Below, piece after piece: positions 55,813-64,000 of a DNA stretch of 64,000 nucleotides. Origin of the DNA: the human T2T-CHM13v2.0 reference genome, Homo sapiens; the NCBI RefSeq assembly GCF_009914755.1, contig NC_060929.1; one strand, 5' to 3'. Positions within the stretch are counted from its first letter, which is position 1. Every line of letters begins with the position of its first letter. A model generated the notes under the pieces. The model saw only the letters and a list, made by a program, of their open reading frames with translations. It was not told the DNA's origin and ran no database searches. The translations under genes were made by a program, and so were the position numbers.

Positions 55813-56114
55813 TTTTTTTTTTTTTTTTTTTTCAGAAGGAGTCTCTCTCTGCCGCCCAGGCTGGAGTTGAGTGATGCAATCTCAGCTCCCAGCACTCTCC
55901 ACCTCCTGGGTTCAAGCGATTCTCCTGCCTCAGCCTCTCAGATAGATGGGACTACAGGCATGCACCACCACGTCTGGCTAATTTTTGTATTTTTAGTAGA
56001 GATGTGGTTTCGCTATGTTAGCCAGGCTGGTCTCAAACTCCTGACCTCAGGTGATCCACCCACCTCGACCTCCCAAGATGCTGGGATTACAGGCATGAGT
56101 CAACGTGCCTGGCC
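55813..56114 (-). mobile_element. AluS
   Basis: Reverse Alu; TSD TATAAGCTCT. Confidence 0.93.
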
Positions 56115-56456
56115 TTTATAAGCTCTTGAAAGGGTTAACAACTAGAAAGTTCTCCCAGTGTTAGATACCTAGAAATGCCAGACAAAATTTTGCAACATCA
56201 TTTTCAATGTATAATTGAGCTCTCAAAATAGTAATGAAAGCTGTCTTCAGACAGCTCTCAAGACAATATCCTCTGGGGCCAAAATCATGGAAGGAACTGG
56301 AAACCAGGCTGTTGAACACACGCGCTGAGAAGTAGCTGTGCTTGGTGACAGGTGGTGGTGAGAGGAAGGGAAGAGGGTCCTTTCTAGCCATCAATCGGGA
56401 CTATTTTCTACAATTATTTAGTATTGGATACACCCCCAGAATACTATCCTTTACAC

Positions 56457-56541
56457 CAGATACTTTAGATCCTACCCTAGAAATCTCAATTTATTGATTA
56501 AGGCATAAGGCCTGGACATTTTCTATAAGCTCTCTCTCTCT

Positions 56542-56574
<33 letters not shown>

Positions 56575-56616
56575 TGGAGTCTCGCTCTGCCGCCCAGGCT
56601 GGAGTTGGGTGGCGCA
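56457..56616 (+). repeat. Non-tandem direct copy of ~55729-55878 (unique flank plus Alu 3' end)
   Basis: About 70 bp identical core tcctaccctagaaatctc...ataagctctctctctc, then poly-T and Alu end. Confidence 0.95.
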
Positions 56617-56835
56617 TTATAACATTTGACCAAGATTCATCCGTGTTGTTGCAAGACGTAGTTCATTCATTTCTTGCTATATAATATTCCATTTTGTGGC
56701 TGAACCACAACCCACCTATTCCTTCTCCTGTCAATGGACATTTGGGATGTTTCGAGTTTTTTACCCTCAGGCAGTTATGAAATTGCATGCACAGGCCTCC
56801 CAGTACACACATGACAGATTTTTTTCTAGGAATAG
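56617..56835 (-). mobile_element. Old L1M fragment
   Basis: agattcatccgtgttgttgc...tagttcattcattt...aatattccatt...atggacatttggg. Confidence 0.75.
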
Positions 56836-56957
56836 AACATATTCAGAGCAGAACTCTTGATTCTTCCTCCCAAGCTTTTCCCACCTACCGTCTCCCCGAT
56901 AGCACATCATAGCAACTCCACCCTTCCCCTTGCTCCAGACAAAGCTTTGGCACCATC

Positions 56958-57505
56958 TGTGTTCATTTTCTGTGGCTGCTGTAACAAATCACCACAAACT
57001 GATTGGCTTAAAACAACACCAATTTATTATTTCACTTTTTTTTTTAGATTAGAAGTCCAACATGAGGTCTCATCAGATTAAAATCAAGACACCATCAGGG
57101 CTGTGCCCCTTCTGGAGGCCCTGGAATTAGATGCTGCCTGGCTTTTCCCAGCATCTAGAGTCCGTCTCTATTTCTCAGCTAATGGCTGCATGCCTCCATC
57201 TTTACACTCAGCAACTTTACACTCATGCCTCCATCTTTACACTCAGCTGAGTCTTTCTCAAGATGCCATCTCTCTGATTCTCCCTCTTCTGCCTCTCTTT
57301 TCTACTCCGAAGGACTCTTGTGATTACATTGGGCTCATTTAGATATTCCAGGATAATCTCCCGATGTTAAGATCATCTGATTCGAAGTCTTAATTCCATC
57401 TGCAACCTTAATTCATTCCCCTTTGCCGTGTAACCTCAAGTAATCACAGGTTCTGGGGACTGGGACATAGACATCTTTGGGGAACCATTATTCTGCTTCC
57501 TACAC
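56958..57505 (-). mobile_element. MLT1 (MaLR) LTR
   Basis: ggctgctgtaacaaatcaccacaaact...ggcttaaaacaacac...acatctttggggaaccattattctgcttcctaca. Confidence 0.85.
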
Positions 57506-57701
57506 CATCCTTGAAAACTCTCTTCCACATGATATAACCAATCAGCTAGAAGACCCTGCCTACTCAGTTGTCAACATAAATTAAAAATCCACCACTTCTT
57601 AACACTCTACTGCTGTCCCTACAGCAGTAGAATGGTAATTCCGAGATACGATGGTTCAATCCACCATCATCTCTCTTGGGGCTATTAGAATAGTGTTCTG
57701 A

Positions 57702-58104
<403 letters not shown>

Positions 58105-58488
58105 AGTGTTTTTCATTTTCTCAGAATAAAAACCTAGATTCTTGCAATGGCCTATACAGCTCCTAGACTCATGCACCCTCTTCCACTCCTGACCCCTCTG
58201 CCTCATCTGCTACTACTCCTCCTCCCATTATTCACGCCTCACCTTTAACTTACTATATAATTTACTTATTATTGTTTCCCTCCTTCTTTCTAAAACAGTT
58301 AGGTTCCATGGGAGTAAGAGTTTTGTCCACAGATATCTACGCAGAGTTTGGAACTCAGTATTTATATTAAAAATGATTTGTTTCCAAAACAGCAGCATGG
58401 ATAGAAGATGAGGCTCTGGGCTAGCAAAAGAGGGGAGATGAAAACACGACCGCTACATGAATCTGAGAACCTAAAAAAGTTTCTCCCT

Positions 58489-58992
<504 letters not shown>

Positions 58993-58995
<3 letters not shown>

Positions 58996-59170
58996 AGCTG
59001 GGATTACAGGCGTTCGCCACCATGCCCGGCTAATTTTTTTTTGTATTTTTAGTAGAGACGGGGTTTGGCTATGTTGGCCAGGGTGGTCCCGAACTCCTGA
59101 CCTCAAGTGATCCACCCGCCTTGGCCTCCCAAAGTGCTGGGATTACAGGCGTGAGCCACTGCGCCTGGCC
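58993..59170 (-). mobile_element. AluS lacking its 3' part and tail
   Basis: Reverse Alu starts abruptly at agtagctgggattacagg. Confidence 0.92.
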
Positions 59171-59299
59171 GTTTCCCAAGTCTTCTAAGAAATTATTATC
59201 AAAGGCCTACTGTCAAGTGTGTTTGGGGTTGAATTTATGCAACCTGCATGGTCAAGGTATTCTGAAAGCCAAGAAATTAACATCAGAAGTGGTCTTAAT

Positions 59300-59630
59300 G
59301 ACTGGCATGGTGGCTCACACCTGTAATCACAGCACTTTGGGAGGCTGAGGTGGGCGGATGACTTGAGCTCAGGAGTTTGAGACCAGCCTGGGCAACATGG
59401 CAAAACCCCATCTCTACAAAAAGTACAAAAAACTAGCCGGGGATTGAGATGCACGCCCGTAGTCTCAGCTACTTGGGTGACTGTAGTGAAAGGATAGCTT
59501 GAGCCCAGGAGACAGAGGTTGTAGTGAGCCGAGATTGCACCACTGCACTCCAGCCTGGGTGACAGAGCCAGATCCTGTCTCAAAAAAGAAAAAAAAAGGA
59601 GAGAGAGAGAGAGAAGAGAAGAGAAAAAGA
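59300..59630 (+). mobile_element. AluJ with GA-rich tail
   Basis: Dimeric Alu; TSD AGAAGTGGTCT. Confidence 0.92.
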
Positions 59631-59904
59631 AGTGGTCTCAGGCTGGTGATACTCCTGAACCTTTGAGAGAAGCAAGTAAGTCTGTAACTCTCTGAAGGAG
59701 GAACATGCCCTCTACCCAGACTTCCCTGGATTTTCATAGGCAAATCCCCATTGATAATGAGCTCACCATCCAAAATTCCACATCCCACAGGGGACCTCTC
59801 CATGTGAACTGAGTGAAACCAACAGCAGGTAAAATCAACAGCTGGGTCAAGCTGCCAATAACTCTAGACAATAGAACAATGGGATGAAGACCATGGTGTA
59901 TATT

Positions 59905-60240
59905 TGCTGTGGTTTGTATGTGTTCCCTCCAAAATGTTGAAACTTAATCCCCATGTGTTGATATTAAGAGATGAGGCATTCTAGGAAGTTGACAAGTCAG
60001 AAGAGTTCACCCTCATGAATGAATTAGTGCCTCATAAAAGGGCCAGAGGGAACTAGCAGAGGCTTTTCTTTGCCCTCTGCCTTCCAACATGGGAGAACAC
60101 AGTGTAAAGACCCTCATCAGACACTGAATGCCTTCATCTTGGACTTCCCAGACTCCAGATCTGTGAGAAATAAATTTCTATTGTTTGTAAATTACCCAGT
60201 CTGTAGTACTTTGTTATAGCAGCATGAATGAACTAAGACA
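59905..60240 (+). mobile_element. MST/MLT1A-type MaLR LTR
   Basis: tgctgtggtttg...gagaaataaatttctattgtttgtaaattacccagtc...aactaagaca. Confidence 0.85.
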
Positions 60241-60344
60241 ATGTTTAAACTGAAGAAAGGCCAAAATAAGTAAATACTTCGAAAACATGAAAAGAAAAAA
60301 AGCAATAATCAAGAAGACCAGCAACGTCTGAAAAAGAGCAAAAT

Positions 60345-60657
60345 TGGCTGGCTATGATGGCTCACACCTGTAATCCCAGCACTTTGGGAGGCCAAGGTGA
60401 GCAGATTTGCTTGAGCTTAGGAGGCGGAGACCAGCCTGGGCAACATGGCAAAACCCCATCTCTACAAAAAGTTAGCCGGGAATGGTGGCATGCACCTGTA
60501 GTCCCAGCTACTCTGGGAGGCTGAGAGGGGAAGATCACTTGAGACCAGGAGTTCACAGCTACAGTGAGCCATGATCCTGCCGCTGCACTGAAGCCTGGGT
60601 GATGGAGTGAGACCTTGTCTCAAAAAAGAAAAAAAAGAAAAGAAAAGAAAAGAAAAA
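60345..60657 (+). mobile_element. AluJ
   Basis: Diverged dimeric Alu with (GAAAA)n tail. Confidence 0.9.
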
Positions 60658-61346
60658 CTTTTGGTGATAGATAAATGTAAATGCTGGTGTCTACATAACC
60701 AGAGGAACACTTGGGCAGAACTTGATATCCAGGAGATCTGCCTTGCAGCCATTTCAAAGTTGGTTTACTGATAACTTCTACTGAAGACCAGAACACTGCT
60801 TCATCTTTAACATGTAGTTAATTAGTTAGGTAACTTTGCAATTCTGTGAGAATGTTAAACATTTACTACACTCAGAATAAAGATACACTAAGATAGAAAA
60901 GGTGTCTTATCATCTCAAATTGGGTCCTGTTAGGATCAAAGCTTGGGGGTTTGAAGAAGTCAACAGACTTTAGCATATAGTAGGATGATCAGTTGGGTCA
61001 TCCACAATATCAGCTAGCAGTGCTTGTAAAGTAAACAACTCTGGAAGAGGTAGTCTGTGCTGTAGGACATATCTCAGTTCTCTGTGTAACACACGATGCT
61101 TTTTAGCTTGATCAGGACTGTTAGGAACACAGCAAAAATATCTGGAGCAAAGTAACTAAGCAATGATTCAATAGAGTGCCAATGGCAGAAGTGAAAGAGC
61201 TGATCACAACACTCGTGGCAAACTTCATTGGAGAAAGGAAAGACAGGTTCTTGTAATGATTATTTGGAAAATATTTTCTCTTGCCTTTCCTATCTTGGTA
61301 AATTGTACTACTATCTACCCGTTTCCCAAAATAGAAAAAGTGGCAT

Positions 61347-61362
61347 CCTCTCTCTTTCTCTT

Positions 61363-61400
<38 letters not shown>
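61347..61400. repeat. (TC)n(AC)n compound microsatellite
   Basis: Direct reading. Confidence 0.92.
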
Positions 61401-61459
61401 GTGTGCTTCATCTGATCAATTACACTTCCCATCCATTTTACCTTCTAAATAGTTTTCTA

Positions 61460-61813
<354 letters not shown>

Positions 61814-61914
61814 TCACTACTTTTTTGTGTGTTACTTTTTTCAAACTGATAATCTTTAGGGGATTTAGAATGATAAATTAGTCACAATGATACACTAGAG
61901 ATTATAAAAATTTA

Positions 61915-62543
<629 letters not shown>

Positions 62544-62858
62544 TTATCTGAGTTTGGAATTTAATATACTGTGTAGAATATCTGGAGAATCTGAAAACTA
62601 AGCATGATGACTTTTTCCTCTTATGAATTGTAATTTTCTAGGCATGTTGGCGAAGCTAAGGCAGTATAATGAGGTGGCCCTGGAGCTGGAGTATCTGGTT
62701 TGAATCCTGGTTTCCGATCTGTGGCTACTTTTCTAATCCTTGGCTCCTCCAGCATTTGCCTGGAATAGTACAATTCCCTCCTAAGTGTTTTCTGTTTGAG
62801 CTCTTTTCTATTTCATTAACGTTACAGTGATTTATTTAAAGTACCATACAACTTTTTT

Positions 62859-63418
<560 letters not shown>

Positions 63419-64000
63419 GCTTTTTTCATTTCAACTGTAAATATTTGTATATGTTTGTATGTAGGGGTGTGTGTGTGTGAGTGTGCATTTTTAATTAGTG
63501 TCTATGGCTAAGTCCTGTGAAGGTTACAAAGATGAATGGCAGAATGAAAATTGTTCCAGCTCTCAAAGAGCTTATAAATTAATAGGATATTTTAAATAAT
63601 TTAACTGATTTGTGTGATTAAATATAAATTTTAAAAAACTATCTTCATTTTGTTGATGCTTGAAGAACAAGGCAGGATGCAGATTCCTATTAGTGGAAGT
63701 TAACATGGTCAACAATAGCATGACCTCACATTGCAGGTTCACATTATCAACATGGTGCCAAGTTTTGTTTAAAAACTTTTGCATATTTTTTGTGGCAATT
63801 TGTACAACAATACGACTGAAAACAAGCTGGCGTGATGGCGTGGGAAAATTCAACGCCATTGATCAGATTTCAGAGGTCATAGATGAAATACTCTTTTAAG
63901 CTTAGTGCTTACTGGCAGGAGGGGATACAGATGTTAAACTCCATAGATTTGTGTGAAATAGAATTTGTCCTTCCAAAGAGGCTTTTAATGTAGAAAGTGC

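Noticed and set aside
61182-61256. Short ORF MAEVKELITTLVANFIGERKDRFL with faint S100-like look
   Set aside because: 24 codons, no EF-hand, no poly-A or TSD; likely chance.

Overview
Primate (human-like) non-coding DNA, very dense in Alus (roughly 80 copies or fragments by eye). I find no credible protein-coding gene, tRNA, rRNA or CRISPR array; nearly all ORFs in the track are Alu-, LTR12- or L1-derived, and I cannot name the locus. Other repeats: two ERV9/LTR12 solo LTRs (both minus strand, each inserted into an Alu right arm), a ~3.2 kb 5'-truncated old L1PA, several L1 3' ends, THE1/MST/MLT, MER61, an LTR47-like LTR, MER44, MER63, MER5, MIR, L2 and microsatellites. I do not see a new gene system. 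The most unusual signal is a set of templated-copy and fold-back scars. These include an Alu plus ~160 bp of unique flank copied from ~5 kb to ~58.5 kb, a ~150 bp local copy, a triplication-like repeat and a snap-back insertion, all within 55.7-59.2 kb. Elsewhere there is a scrambled Alu linker at 24 kb, an unexplained 80 bp insert in an L1 at 22 kb and a compact hairpin at 27 kb. Subfamily calls come from remembered consensus sequences and many boundaries are approximate.
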